This document shows, piece after piece, positions 29,131 to 39,264 of a DNA stretch of 49,887 nucleotides. The notes below the pieces were generated by a model that saw only the letters and a list, made by a program, of their open reading frames with translations, had not been told where the DNA came from and searched no databases. Position 1 is the first letter of the stretch. Each line of letters begins with the position of its first letter. Source of the DNA: a bacterium (GTDB taxonomy: Bacteria; Patescibacteriota; Minisyncoccia; UBA6257; JAGOQP01); the NCBI GenBank assembly GCA_021844025.1, contig JAKBUF010000003.1:1-49887 (forward strand), in the 5' to 3' direction. A program made the translations under genes and the position numbers.

Positions 29131-29703
29131 ATGCAAATGACGCGAAAATTAGGAGGAACTAAGTTCATTTTACACGGAGGATTTAACCCAGGCGAAGGTT
29201 CAGAAAATGATGCATTCTTTCAGGAGATACTTAAATCCGTTCCACAAAAGGTGGATATTTTACTTGTTTATTTTGCTAAAGAAGAAAACCGGGTTGATAT
29301 TAATAGAAAGGAAGACGTAGAACAATTTGAAAAGAATAAGGGAAACAAAATATTATCTTTTCAGACAGCCAACGAGGAAATATTTAGGAACCAAATGAAG
29401 AAAGCAGACATTGTTTATTTACATGGAGGACTGTCCACCAAGTTGCTGTCTGTCTTAGAAAAGTTTACAGATTTAGACGAAATGTTTAAGGGGAAAATAG
29501 TAGCGGGTGACTCTGCTGGGGCGAATGTTTTATGCAAATCTTTTTATAGTGAGATATCAAAGGGTGTATTTAATGGACTCGGGATCCTTCCTCTGAATAT
29601 AGTTTGCCATTATACACCAACTCATTTAGGCACGATTAGTAGGAATTTGGATTCTGATGTGTTATATTTGCCAAGCTATGAATATAAGGTTTATTGGAAA
29701 TAG
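29131..29703 (+). CDS. peptidase E / S51 (type 1 glutamine amidotransferase-like) protein
   Basis: LHGG, ADIVYLHGG, AGDSAGA nucleophile motif, GLGILP..VCHY. Confidence 0.8.
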   Translation: MQMTRKLGGTKFILHGGFNPGEGSENDAFFQEILKSVPQKVDILLVYFAKEENRVDINRKEDVEQFEKNKGNKILSFQTANEEIFRNQMKKADIVYLHGGLSTKLLSVLEKFTDLDEMFKGKIVAGDSAGANVLCKSFYSEISKGVFNGLGILPLNIVCHYTPTHLGTISRNLDSDVLYLPSYEYKVYWK

Positions 29704-29766
29704 TTAAAATTTTCTTTATAATTCTTCCTTAATACATAATACATATCCCTTAATACTATTCTATTT

Positions 29767-30774
29767 ATGAAACTCAGTATTGGAATTGTTGGATTGCCGA
29801 ATGTCGGCAAGAGTACTCTTTTTAAAGCGCTTACACATAACGAAGTGCATATTGCTAATTACCCATTTGCTACTATTGATCCGAATGTGGGAGTGGTAGA
29901 GGTTCCCGACGAACGCTTGCAAAAACTCACCCAACTTAGCGCTTCTAAAAAAACAATACCTGCCATTGTTGAATTTTATGATATTGCGGGCTTGGTAAAG
30001 GGAGCGAGCCAAGGACAGGGTTTAGGAAACCAATTTCTCTCACATATTCGTGAGGTGCAAGCAATCGCGCATGTTGTTCGTTGTTTTACAAATAGCGACA
30101 TTATTCATGTGGAGCAAGAAATTGATCCAAATAGAGATTTGCACATTATTCATAATGAGCTGATTTTTAAGGACCTGGAAACGGTACAGAAGAGAATTAT
30201 AAAAGCAGAGGGAGAAGCTCGTACCGGAGATAAGCAAAAGATTGCCGATTTAGCATTTCTCAAAAAGATAGAGGAAATGCTTCTTAACGAAAAATTAGTT
30301 TCAAATTTGGATCGTGAAACGTTGGATTACCCTCTTCTTAAAGAATTAGCTCTTCTTACTTCAAAACCGCAACTGTATGTGTTGAATGGAAATGCAGCAG
30401 ATGTTCCGCAGTCTTTAATAGATGAAATCGCGGCAGAAAAAAACATGTATGTAGTGCTTGATCTCGCTCAGTTAACCGATCTAGCGCCCTTAATTTTAAA
30501 AGCATATGAACTGCTAGGGCTTATTAGTTTTTTTACTACCGGAGAAGATGAAACGCGAGCCTGGACCATTACCAGGGGAGAGAAAGCGCCTCAGGCGGCT
30601 GGAGTTATTCATACCGATTTTGAGAAAAAATTTATTCGTGCTGAAGTGGTTGCGTATAATGATTTTATTTCTTGTGGCGGATGGAGCCAAGCAAAGCAAA
30701 AAGGAAAACTTAGACTAGAAGGAAAAGAATATATTATTCAAGATGGCGATATTATAGAAGTGAGACATGGGTAG
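29767..30774 (+). CDS. ychF: redox-regulated ATPase YchF
   Basis: [49 protein letters not shown]. Confidence 0.98.
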   Translation: MKLSIGIVGLPNVGKSTLFKALTHNEVHIANYPFATIDPNVGVVEVPDERLQKLTQLSASKKTIPAIVEFYDIAGLVKGASQGQGLGNQFLSHIREVQAIAHVVRCFTNSDIIHVEQEIDPNRDLHIIHNELIFKDLETVQKRIIKAEGEARTGDKQKIADLAFLKKIEEMLLNEKLVSNLDRETLDYPLLKELALLTSKPQLYVLNGNAADVPQSLIDEIAAEKNMYVVLDLAQLTDLAPLILKAYELLGLISFFTTGEDETRAWTITRGEKAPQAAGVIHTDFEKKFIRAEVVAYNDFISCGGWSQAKQKGKLRLEGKEYIIQDGDIIEVRHG

Positions 30775-30831
30775 TTAAGTATTATGGGGAGGGTATTAAG
30801 TATTTAGGAGTTTATAAGAACGCAGAAATAG

Positions 30832-30863
30832 AAAAGGGTTGCTACATCAGTAGCAACCCTTTT
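30832..30863. terminator. bidirectional intrinsic terminator
   Basis: AAAAGGGTTGCTAC-ATCA-GTAGCAACCCTTTT. Confidence 0.85.
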
Positions 30864-30865
30864 GG

Positions 30866-31681
30866 TTATGCTTCAATACTTAAACCTACTTCGGCTTGAG
30901 GATTTTCGCAGTATCCAAGACAATTCTCAGATATTGGTTTAAATATCTTGAAAGAACATTTTTTGAATCCGGAAAATGCTTTTTCCATTGGAACTTTTAC
31001 AAATGGTCCCAATTTCAATTGCAGCTGTTCTTCTGTAATATCTGCTTTGAGAAATTGCATAATAAGTTCTTCAATTTCTTTTTCGTGAACCCCAACTAGT
31101 TCCTCAAATCCATTTACAACGAGTGATTCGAAGTAATAGTATTGTCTCAAGATCATGCTCTCATAAATTTCTTGAGCATATTCTTTAATTTGATCTTCCT
31201 CTCCCTTAAAATCGATTATGACCTCTACCGGAACTATGCACTGCATAGTTTTATAACTTCCGTGTAAATTTACCTTGACGCCATATCCAAGATGTTTGCC
31301 ATGAATGTTTTCTCTCTCGTTGTTTCCTTTTAAACTCATAATCTCATAAACAACATCTCCTTTTTCTTTAAGATATGCATGTCCTATAAATTTAATTTCA
31401 TTTGATGCAGAAACAACGAATAAAGTTCTTTTTCCCCTGTCTTCTTCTGAGATATATTCGAGTCGTTTTGATCGAAAGATTGAAATTGGTAGTAATAAAC
31501 CAAAGGTGACAAGAGAAATTGTGAGAAGTTCGGGGTTAATGGATATTTGTGGTGGGTCGATCAGAGACATGAGGGAAGTAAACAACCAAAAAACAATGAA
31601 AATTAATGCTATTGTAAATGGAATATAGACTGGCCAACGAAGAAAAAAGGCTATGGTTTTACAATCTTTTTTTAAGTTCAT
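30866..31681 (-). CDS. hypothetical protein with two N-terminal TM segments
   Basis: 271-aa ORF with AGGAG SD and its own TTGACA promoter (~31746-31774, minus strand). Confidence 0.7.
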   Translation of the reverse strand: MNLKKDCKTIAFFLRWPVYIPFTIALIFIVFWLFTSLMSLIDPPQISINPELLTISLVTFGLLLPISIFRSKRLEYISEEDRGKRTLFVVSASNEIKFIGHAYLKEKGDVVYEIMSLKGNNERENIHGKHLGYGVKVNLHGSYKTMQCIVPVEVIIDFKGEEDQIKEYAQEIYESMILRQYYYFESLVVNGFEELVGVHEKEIEELIMQFLKADITEEQLQLKLGPFVKVPMEKAFSGFKKCSFKIFKPISENCLGYCENPQAEVGLSIEA

Positions 31682-31803
31682 TTTATCTCCTAAACGTTTT
31701 TGAGGTTTCGGTTATCGGTTAGTTAAGTTGTACAGATCTTCATAGATGATATAATTTAATTCACTATTTGTCAATATATCCTGTATGCACAAGAGGATAC
31801 TTA

Positions 31804-31829
31804 AAAAAGTGGCACGCACGTGCCACTTT
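31804..31829 (-). terminator. intrinsic terminator
   Basis: AAAAAAGTGGCACG-CA-CGTGCCACTTT hairpin downstream of 31844-32194. Confidence 0.7.
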
Positions 31830-31843
31830 GTCCTATACCTACT

Positions 31844-32194
31844 CTATGTTTCTTTTTTTCTGGCGAGATACTCCACAATTATCTTTCTCCATTCGGTAGG
31901 GTTTTTGTTGGGGGTAATAACGGAATCAATATAGCCCCACTCACTTTCTCCCAATCTTTTCCCGAATTCGTAGGGAATGGTGATTTGGGACACGTTCCCA
32001 TAAACATCCTTTTTAATATCCATTATTGGATTCCATGTGCTCTTGTAAAGAACCATTGATCCAATCGAAATCGTTTTTAGCTCTGTGACAATCTTATCCT
32101 TCTGCGGTGGTTTTTTTACTGTAGATGGAATTAGTAATAATATCCCAATAAGAATTATTGGGATGAGAACGAGTACCATTTTTCTTGCTTTCAT
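31844..32194 (-). CDS. hypothetical secreted/membrane-anchored protein
   Basis: N-terminal signal/TM segment, GAGGAG SD. Confidence 0.7.
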   Translation of the reverse strand: MKARKMVLVLIPIILIGILLLIPSTVKKPPQKDKIVTELKTISIGSMVLYKSTWNPIMDIKKDVYGNVSQITIPYEFGKRLGESEWGYIDSVITPNKNPTEWRKIIVEYLARKKET

Positions 32195-32311
32195 TTCTCT
32201 CCTCTCTAGTTATTGGTGGTATGAAATTTCTGATGTTAGTATGGCATATTATAATACTGGCGTCAATTCTTAATCTATGCACAAAATCTCATTATTCTGC
32301 TATACTGTAAC

Positions 32312-32396
32312 AGTTATCAAGTTCAAAGTTGTAAAGTTATAAAGGAATTAATTTTCCACTTGATAGCCTTATAACTTGATAACTTTATAACTCATT
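32312..32396 (+). repeat. heptamer-periodic inverted repeat (AAGTTAT/ATAACTT family)
   Basis: AGTTATCAAGTTCAAAGTTGTAAAGTTATAAAG pairs with CTTGATAGCCTTATAACTTGATAACTTTATAACT. Confidence 0.7.
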
Positions 32397-32529
32397 CATG
32401 CCCAGTAACATTACTTTATACGCCAAAGGCGAAAGGAATATATACTGGGGGGATAGAAAAAAGTAGAATATATTTTGTATAATTACTATAGAGAACATAA
32501 TTTAAATAAAGTAATGTTAACTGGGTATG
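32397..32529 (+). mobile_element. start-codon-associated MITE-like/structured element, copy 2
   Basis: CATG-CCCAGTAACATTACTTTAT...ATAAAGTAATGTTAACTGGG-TATG; the right ATG starts ORF 32527. Confidence 0.75.
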
Positions 32530-32925
32530 GATCCTATTAATTACGAAGAGCTTGCAAAAGAAGTTATAAAACAGCAACAGAAAAGTCCGGAACAAATACC
32601 CCAAAGCCACAAAGAGGCGGTGGTCTCTATTTTAAAAGAAAAAATGTCTGCGCAACAACCCGTTGTTCCTCAGCCCACATATCAACAACCAAAACCTTTA
32701 CAACCAAATATTGTCTCTACTGACCCCGATTTACCAACCTATGCCGCAAGTGCTCCGGAGGAATCAAAACAAGAAGTAAGAAATCTTATTGAATTCACTC
32801 TTTCTAAGGGCCTTTCCCAAGGGATTGCTCAAGCGGCAAAATCTGATCCGTTTGTGATTGATATGTATCACGATGCGCTTGCTGAGCATATTGTAACGCA
32901 AATGAAAGAAAAGGGAATGATTTAA
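32527..32925 (+). CDS. hypothetical protein
   Basis: 132 aa, Q/P-rich N-terminus, C-terminal KGLSQGI..DPFVIDMYHDAL; lies just upstream of the ATPase gene. Confidence 0.8.
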   Translation: MDPINYEELAKEVIKQQQKSPEQIPQSHKEAVVSILKEKMSAQQPVVPQPTYQQPKPLQPNIVSTDPDLPTYAASAPEESKQEVRNLIEFTLSKGLSQGIAQAAKSDPFVIDMYHDALAEHIVTQMKEKGMI

Positions 32926-32974
32926 AGAATTTTTTATCTTGTAATCTTGAACTTAATAACTTTATAACTCATTC

Positions 32975-35332
32975 ATGTCTTCTCCTTTATTTATTGGTGG
33001 ATTAGTAATATTAATATGCGGGCTTACCGCGCTTATTTTTTGGGCCATTAAGCGGAATCGTAATGAGCGACTACGTAAATCTCTTGCCACTAAATTACTT
33101 TTGATTCGAATTCCTCATGCTCCTTCCGATAAACCGTCTTCTTACAAAGAGGAAATCAATCTTACTGAACAATTATTTAGTATTCTTGCGGGGAATAAAG
33201 AGGGGACCGTTCTTGAAATAGCGGTACACCATGTAGGAGAAGAAATTCATTTTTATGTAGCAATTCATGAATCACTCGTTTCTTTTGTGAGTCGTCAGGT
33301 TGAGGGTATTTTTAAAGATGCGCGTGTTGAAGAAGTTGCTGAATATAACGTGTTTCAACCAAATGGATTCAGTAAGGGAGCGTATCTTTCTTACACGGAA
33401 AATTTTGCTCTTCCTATTCGTTCCTATGTTGAATCTGAAGGAGATACCTTTTCTCCTATTATTAGTGCATTTTCTAAAATACAAGAATTGGGAGAGGGAG
33501 CTGGTATGCAGGTATGTATTCGTCCCGCCGACTCTTCGTATAAAAAGAATGTAAAAACACTTATAGAGAATTTAAAAAAGGGAGCTTCTTTTAAAGAGCT
33601 TGCTTCACAGAATCTGTTTGACCTTAAAGATATGCGTCATGTATTTTCGTCGGCTCCTGAAAATAAAGAAGACGAAAAAAGACCCGTTGATGAATCCACT
33701 ATACAAGCGCTTGAAAAGAAGATTTCAAAACCTTTAGTAGAAGTGAATGTACGTTTTGTGGTATCTGCGGTGCAACAAGCGAATGCCGACGCTATTTTTG
33801 AGGGAATTTGCGGATCATTCTCTCAATTTGAGGCTCCCTTACGAAATAGATTTACTATTGTGGTTTCTAAAAATATTAAAAAATTTGCATATCAGTTTGT
33901 ATTTCGTGAATTTGACGATCGTCAACGTTTAATCATGAATATTGAAGAATTGGCTAGTATTTTTCATTTACCTACTAGCACTACACTTTCCCCCAAAATT
34001 AAGTGGTTAAAATCAAAAGAAGCACCTGCTCCCGCTAATCTTCCTACGGAAGGCACTAAACTAGGAGAAAGTTCATTCCAGGGGGTTGCAAAACCGGTAT
34101 ATATTACCGATGAAGATCGCCGAAGACATTTATATATTGTTGGGCAGACCGGAACGGGAAAATCCGCTTTATTAACCAATATGGCAGCTGATGATATTCG
34201 TCAAGGAAAGGGTGTGTGTGTTGTTGATCCTCACGGAGAGCTTGTTGATAGTATATTGGGCTGTATTCCTCGTGAGCGTGCGAACGACGTTATTATTTTT
34301 GACCCGGGGAATATTAATCGCCCGATTGGATTGAATATGTTGGAATTTGATCCTTCACGTCCGGAAGAAAAAACATTTATTGTAAATGAAATTCAGAGTG
34401 TCTTTAACCGATTGTTCAGCGCGGAGACCATGGGTCCTATGTTTGAACAATATATGCGTAACGCACTATTGCTTTTAATGGAAGATTCAATTAATGAGCC
34501 CGCTACGCTTATTGAGGTTCCGCGTATTTTTACCGATGATGAATTTCGTAAACGCAAACTAGCGCGCATTACTAATCCAGTTGTACTTGATTTTTGGCAG
34601 AAGGAGGCAGCTAAGGTTACGGGAGAAGCGTCGTTAAACAGCATGGCTCCTTACATTACCTCAAAGTTTAACAATTTTATTGCCAACGATTATGTGCGTC
34701 CTATTATTGGGCAAGTAAAATCATCTTTTAGATTTCGCCAAATTATGGATGATCGGAAAATTCTGTTAGTGAGTTTGTCTAAGGGAAGAATAGGCGATAT
34801 TAACTCGGGACTTTTGGGAATGCTTATTGTTGGCAAATTATTATTGGCTGCGTTTTCTCGTATTGATATTCCGCAGGAGCAGCGCGCTGATTTTAATTTA
34901 TACATTGATGAGTTTCAGAATTTTACCACTGATTCTATCGCGGTTATTCTTTCTGAGGCGCGTAAGTATCGGTTGAATCTTACTATTGCGCATCAATTTA
35001 TTGCGCAGCTTGAGGAAAAAATTCGTGATGCGGTGTTTGGAAACGTGGGCTCCATGCTTGCGTTTCGAGTTGGGGCAGGGGACACAGAGTTTCTTATTAA
35101 ACAATTTGAACCCGTTTTTTCTCAAAATGACCTTATGAATATTGATAATTTTAATGCGTATATTCGGATGCTTATTAAGGGGCAGACCTCAAAACCGTTT
35201 AATATAAAGACGCCTTTTTATCCCAAACAGGAGCATGAACTCGTACAACAGTTAAAAATGTTTTCTTCGGCAAATTATGGGGCCGATAGACAGGTAGTTG
35301 AAACAGATATCTTACATAGGCTTCGCTCATAG
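32975..35332 (+). CDS. VirD4/TraD/HerA-like membrane-anchored ATPase (DUF87-type)
   Basis: N-terminal TM segment, RRHLYIVGQTGTGKS (Walker A), VDPHG, LYIDEFQNF (Walker B), SEARKY, AHQFIAQL. Confidence 0.88.
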   Translation: MSSPLFIGGLVILICGLTALIFWAIKRNRNERLRKSLATKLLLIRIPHAPSDKPSSYKEEINLTEQLFSILAGNKEGTVLEIAVHHVGEEIHFYVAIHESLVSFVSRQVEGIFKDARVEEVAEYNVFQPNGFSKGAYLSYTENFALPIRSYVESEGDTFSPIISAFSKIQELGEGAGMQVCIRPADSSYKKNVKTLIENLKKGASFKELASQNLFDLKDMRHVFSSAPENKEDEKRPVDESTIQALEKKISKPLVEVNVRFVVSAVQQANADAIFEGICGSFSQFEAPLRNRFTIVVSKNIKKFAYQFVFREFDDRQRLIMNIEELASIFHLPTSTTLSPKIKWLKSKEAPAPANLPTEGTKLGESSFQGVAKPVYITDEDRRRHLYIVGQTGTGKSALLTNMAADDIRQGKGVCVVDPHGELVDSILGCIPRERANDVIIFDPGNINRPIGLNMLEFDPSRPEEKTFIVNEIQSVFNRLFSAETMGPMFEQYMRNALLLLMEDSINEPATLIEVPRIFTDDEFRKRKLARITNPVVLDFWQKEAAKVTGEASLNSMAPYITSKFNNFIANDYVRPIIGQVKSSFRFRQIMDDRKILLVSLSKGRIGDINSGLLGMLIVGKLLLAAFSRIDIPQEQRADFNLYIDEFQNFTTDSIAVILSEARKYRLNLTIAHQFIAQLEEKIRDAVFGNVGSMLAFRVGAGDTEFLIKQFEPVFSQNDLMNIDNFNAYIRMLIKGQTSKPFNIKTPFYPKQEHELVQQLKMFSSANYGADRQVVETDILHRLRS

Positions 35333-35427
35333 TCTATAGGTTCTGGTTATCTTCCTGCCCCTTTACCTACACGGGCAAGGGGGCTCTGTGCGTGGAAATA
35401 TGCCCATTTTTTTGATATACTGTTTAT

Positions 35428-36897
35428 ATGGTTGGAAAACAGGATATTCGGGTACGTATAGCCCCTTCGCCTACCGGACACCTTCACTTAGGCACTGTTC
35501 GTACGGCTTTATATAACTATCTTTTTGCCCAAAAAGAGCACGGAACGTTTATATTGCGAGTAGAAGACACCGATCAAGGGCGCTCGTTACCTATTTATGA
35601 AAATGAAATTCTAGATGGTTTACGGGCTCTAGGTCTTACTTGGCAAGAGGGCCCCGATGTGGGCGGCCCCTATGGTCCCTATAGGCAAACTGAACGAACC
35701 CAAATATATAAAACGTACATAGAAAAACTTCTTACCGAAAGAAAGGCGTATTATTGTTTTTGTACAAAAGAAGATCTAGAAAAGCAACGTGAAGCTATGC
35801 TCGTGGAAGGTATTGCTCCTAAATATGCTGGGACGTGTCGCTCACTCTCCGCACAGCAGGTGCAGGAAAAGCTCGCGGCGGGTGCCTCTTCAGTTATCCG
35901 TTTATTAGTATCTGATGGGGTAGAGGTTTCATTTGATGATGTTATTCGTGGCTCTATCTCAGTTATGAGTAATACCATTGGAGATATGGTAATTGCTAAG
36001 AATGTGAACACCCCATTGTTTCATCTAGCAAATGTTGTTGATGATTATGAAATGAAAATTTCACATGTGATTCGGGGAGAAGATCATATATCCAATACTC
36101 CTAAACAAATTTTAATTCAGCAGGCACTTGGGTTTCCTCGTGTACGATACGCGCATATTCCGCTTGTTCTTACCCCCGATCGTAAAAAAATGTCTAAGCG
36201 AAGTTTGGAAACATCATTTGTTGAATATTTACACGACGGATATCTTCCCGAGGCTCTCCTTAATTTTTTGGCGTTATTAGGATGGGCTCCCGAAGATGGG
36301 AGTGAACTGCTCACGTTACCAGAAATGGTTGAGCGTTTTTCTTTAAAGCGTATTCAAAAATCGGGCGCCGCTTTTAATATTGATAAACTTGATTGGTTTA
36401 ATGCGCAGTATATTAAAAAACTTTCTTTTGCGGAATTAGTACAACGACTTACTCCCTTTGTTCCGCCCGAATGGCTTTTGCAAAATAACCATCTTATGGA
36501 ACATGCAATTAACCTTGAGCGAGAACGCATAAAAAAACTCTCTGATTTTGTAGAGGGGGCTGGATTTCTGTTTTCACTAGGGGAGTATGAAACTTCTTTA
36601 TTAGTATGGAAAGGGTCTACTTTAGCTCAAGCTTCAGCACATCTTGCCAAAATTAGAGAATTGTTAGATAGTATAGAACCTTCAAATTTTACCGCAACAT
36701 ATCTTGAGTCGGTTATTATGCCGTATGCTCAGCAAGTCGGTCGGGGAGAGGTATTGTGGCCATTACGGGTTGCTCTTTCTGGTAAACAGAATTCTCCGGG
36801 TCCTTTTGATATTTTGGCTGCTTTAGGCAAAGAAGAATCTTTACGTCGTATTGATATTGGGGTTGCTAAAGTGGCCGGTGAACTGTCGTTATCATAA
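35428..36897 (+). CDS. gltX: glutamate--tRNA ligase
   Basis: RIAPSPTGHLHLG, LRVEDTD, HVIRGEDH, KMSKR, WPLRVALSG. Confidence 0.98.
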   Translation: MVGKQDIRVRIAPSPTGHLHLGTVRTALYNYLFAQKEHGTFILRVEDTDQGRSLPIYENEILDGLRALGLTWQEGPDVGGPYGPYRQTERTQIYKTYIEKLLTERKAYYCFCTKEDLEKQREAMLVEGIAPKYAGTCRSLSAQQVQEKLAAGASSVIRLLVSDGVEVSFDDVIRGSISVMSNTIGDMVIAKNVNTPLFHLANVVDDYEMKISHVIRGEDHISNTPKQILIQQALGFPRVRYAHIPLVLTPDRKKMSKRSLETSFVEYLHDGYLPEALLNFLALLGWAPEDGSELLTLPEMVERFSLKRIQKSGAAFNIDKLDWFNAQYIKKLSFAELVQRLTPFVPPEWLLQNNHLMEHAINLERERIKKLSDFVEGAGFLFSLGEYETSLLVWKGSTLAQASAHLAKIRELLDSIEPSNFTATYLESVIMPYAQQVGRGEVLWPLRVALSGKQNSPGPFDILAALGKEESLRRIDIGVAKVAGELSLS

Positions 36898-36910
36898 ATA
36901 GCTTTTTATC

Positions 36911-38221
36911 ATGGGGTTTCATTTTTTTTGGCATTATATAGGGACCGTAAAGTTGTTTATAGGCATTGTCGTGCTATTAATTGCAAGCGTATTCATTTCT
37001 CAAGTGGTTCATGCGGCAACTACTTCGGCTGTTTCTTCCAGTAAGGCAGACCCCGCGGCTGTACAAGCGCAGATTGATCAGCGCAATAAAGAATTGGCCG
37101 ACATTCAAAAACAAATAATAGAGAATCAGCAAAAGTTATCAGAAACACAACAACAAAAGCAAACCGTTTCATCTGAACTAAATAATCTAAACACCACTAT
37201 TCGGCAGGTTGATTTGGGTATTTCGGCAAGTCAAATTTCTTTACAAAAATTAGGATTGGAAATAGGCAATTTGCAAGATGATTTAGCAAGCGCCCAAGAT
37301 GATTTTTCTCAAAAACAAGCTGCTATGGCGGCTGTTTTTCAAAATATTCAGGTAAAAGATCAGGAAAATCCTTTATTGGCATTTGTGGGGTCAAAAAGCT
37401 TATCTGATGGGCTGCAATCTGTGCAAAATTTAGTGAGCTTAAATCAAACACTTGCCCTAAAAGCGCTTGAGTTACAGGAGTCGTATCGAGTTATGCAAAA
37501 CACACTTACGAGCGCGCAAAAGAAAAAAAGTGATAAAGAATTGGAGACCGAAAACCTGAAAAACAGAAAAATAATTGTTGCAGAATTAAAAGATGATAAA
37601 ACAAAACTTCTACAAGAAACCAAGAAAAAAGAAAGCGCATACCAACAATCATTAGATGACCTTGCTAAGCGCCAAGCAGAAATTGCTGCCGAAATTGATT
37701 CTATGGAATCTTCTTTGCGTGGCAAGATAGATTATAAGGAAATACCTAAGGCCGGTGTTGGAATTCTTATGACTCCGGTTGAAAATCCGGTGGTAACACA
37801 GGAGCATGGGTATACGCAGTCGGCTAGAAAACTATATCGGGGCAAGTATCATAACGGACTTGATTTTGGAGCTCCTATTGGTACCCCCATATTTGCGGCG
37901 TATGATGGGAAGGTTGTTTCGGTGGCGAATCAAGATTTATATTGTCGTCGTGGTGCCTATGGTAAATATATAGCTATACAACATCCTATTAATCTTACTA
38001 CGTTATATGGGCACCTCTCTTTGCAATTAGTTCATGAAGGGGATAGCGTTAAGCGGGGTCAATTAATTGGGTACTCAGGTAACACCGGATATGCTACCGG
38101 TCCTCATTTGCATTTTGGGGTGTATGACTCTTCAACATTTTATATTGGTCCTAGTAAGTCATGTGGTCCCAAAATGCCTTTTGGAGGAGATTTAAATCCT
38201 CGTGACTATTTGTCATTGTAG
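36911..38221 (+). CDS. M23 family peptidoglycan endopeptidase with coiled-coil (EnvC/MepM-like)
   Basis: Signal peptide, long coiled coil, HNGLDFG, YGHLS, GNTGYATGPHLHF. Confidence 0.92.
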   Translation: MGFHFFWHYIGTVKLFIGIVVLLIASVFISQVVHAATTSAVSSSKADPAAVQAQIDQRNKELADIQKQIIENQQKLSETQQQKQTVSSELNNLNTTIRQVDLGISASQISLQKLGLEIGNLQDDLASAQDDFSQKQAAMAAVFQNIQVKDQENPLLAFVGSKSLSDGLQSVQNLVSLNQTLALKALELQESYRVMQNTLTSAQKKKSDKELETENLKNRKIIVAELKDDKTKLLQETKKKESAYQQSLDDLAKRQAEIAAEIDSMESSLRGKIDYKEIPKAGVGILMTPVENPVVTQEHGYTQSARKLYRGKYHNGLDFGAPIGTPIFAAYDGKVVSVANQDLYCRRGAYGKYIAIQHPINLTTLYGHLSLQLVHEGDSVKRGQLIGYSGNTGYATGPHLHFGVYDSSTFYIGPSKSCGPKMPFGGDLNPRDYLSL

Positions 38222-38246
38222 TTATATTAAAGTATAATTTATACAA

Positions 38247-38525
38247 ATGGATAAAATTATTTTAAACGCGCTCCAGCCGGTTATAGCGTTTCTTCAAAAA
38301 CAAGGTCTTTGGGATGGCCTCGTGAGCACCTGGGATAAACTTTCTTCATTAACCGGGTCTTTAGTTGGTGGTTCGGGATTAGGATCGTTATTTGGAGGAT
38401 CCGGAGGATCTGGGAACTCGTCTTCTTTTATTGTTAGTTTCTTTAAATTAGTGGTTGCTATACTAGTAACCATTGTTAATGTTTTAATAGATATCGTTAA
38501 TTGGGCACTTGGGTTATTTAAGTAG
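38247..38525 (+). CDS. small Gly/Ser-rich membrane-associated protein
   Basis: 92-aa ORF with an amphipathic/hydrophobic C-terminus. Confidence 0.65.
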   Translation: MDKIILNALQPVIAFLQKQGLWDGLVSTWDKLSSLTGSLVGGSGLGSLFGGSGGSGNSSSFIVSFFKLVVAILVTIVNVLIDIVNWALGLFK

Positions 38526-38642
38526 TTGATAGGGGTTGTTTTAATTAAAGTATAATATATATGTCGCAAAATGTATATTGTGCGACATATAGTATACAAA
38601 ACAAAGAGGGTGAAATCATCACCCCCTTTTACTGCAAACTCT

Positions 38643-39092
38643 CTACGTTTTCTCATCCCAGATGTGTTTCATTAACCATAGGTCAAATCTTTTTCCAAAT
38701 GCCATCAGGACAAAATAAGTACCGAGTGCGGAGGCATATATTATTCTTGTCGTCCAATTGTATACGGTTAGATGTAGAATAAGTAATGCGCCCGAAATGA
38801 CAAGTAATGGAAATTTTACAAAGATCCATCCTGTTTGATATGGGGTGAGTTCCCTCGGACTTTTAAGGTAGCCGGACCACTTTAATATCGGTTTCGCTAT
38901 GCCCGGCTTTAGTAAGACCAATGGAATAAAACCAAGTAATATACCTAGAGTTATACAATGCCCCAGTAATCCTGGGAATGTTAGTTGTGAAATTATCTCT
39001 ACCACCGCTAATCCCCCAACAAGTATTGTCCCTACTATTATCGTAAGAATCAGATTCCTTATAGAATCTTTTAAAACAAGTACTGGTTCCAT
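38643..39092 (-). CDS. hypothetical membrane protein (4 TM)
   Basis: Hydrophobic ORF with AGGGG SD and a terminator-like hairpin at ~38603-38630. Confidence 0.7.
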   Translation of the reverse strand: MEPVLVLKDSIRNLILTIIVGTILVGGLAVVEIISQLTFPGLLGHCITLGILLGFIPLVLLKPGIAKPILKWSGYLKSPRELTPYQTGWIFVKFPLLVISGALLILHLTVYNWTTRIIYASALGTYFVLMAFGKRFDLWLMKHIWDEKT

Positions 39093-39264
39093 TTTGGATC
39101 CCCTTTGTTTGTTATAAAATCAGTTAAAAGTTCTGTGTAGAGTCTACTATATTATTCATAATTTGTCAATATTTATTGTTTTTTGTACTTGGGGTATATT
39201 TCATGTATTGGAAATTAATCGTTTCAATTTAGAACTTAAAATTTGGAATTTAAAACTTTTTCCC

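Noticed and set aside
38558-38591. Hairpin TATATGTCGCA..TGCGACATATA and ORF 38561-38782
   Set aside because: Single copy between convergent genes, most simply a terminator-type hairpin; the ORF overlaps a better gene on the other strand
39163-39264. N-terminal extension of the nuclease ORF from TTG 39163, and similar extensions at 10974, 16567, 16940, 22892, 41289, 42636, 46912 and 48657
   Set aside because: These run through promoters, repeats or upstream genes; downstream ATGs match the family N-termini or have better context
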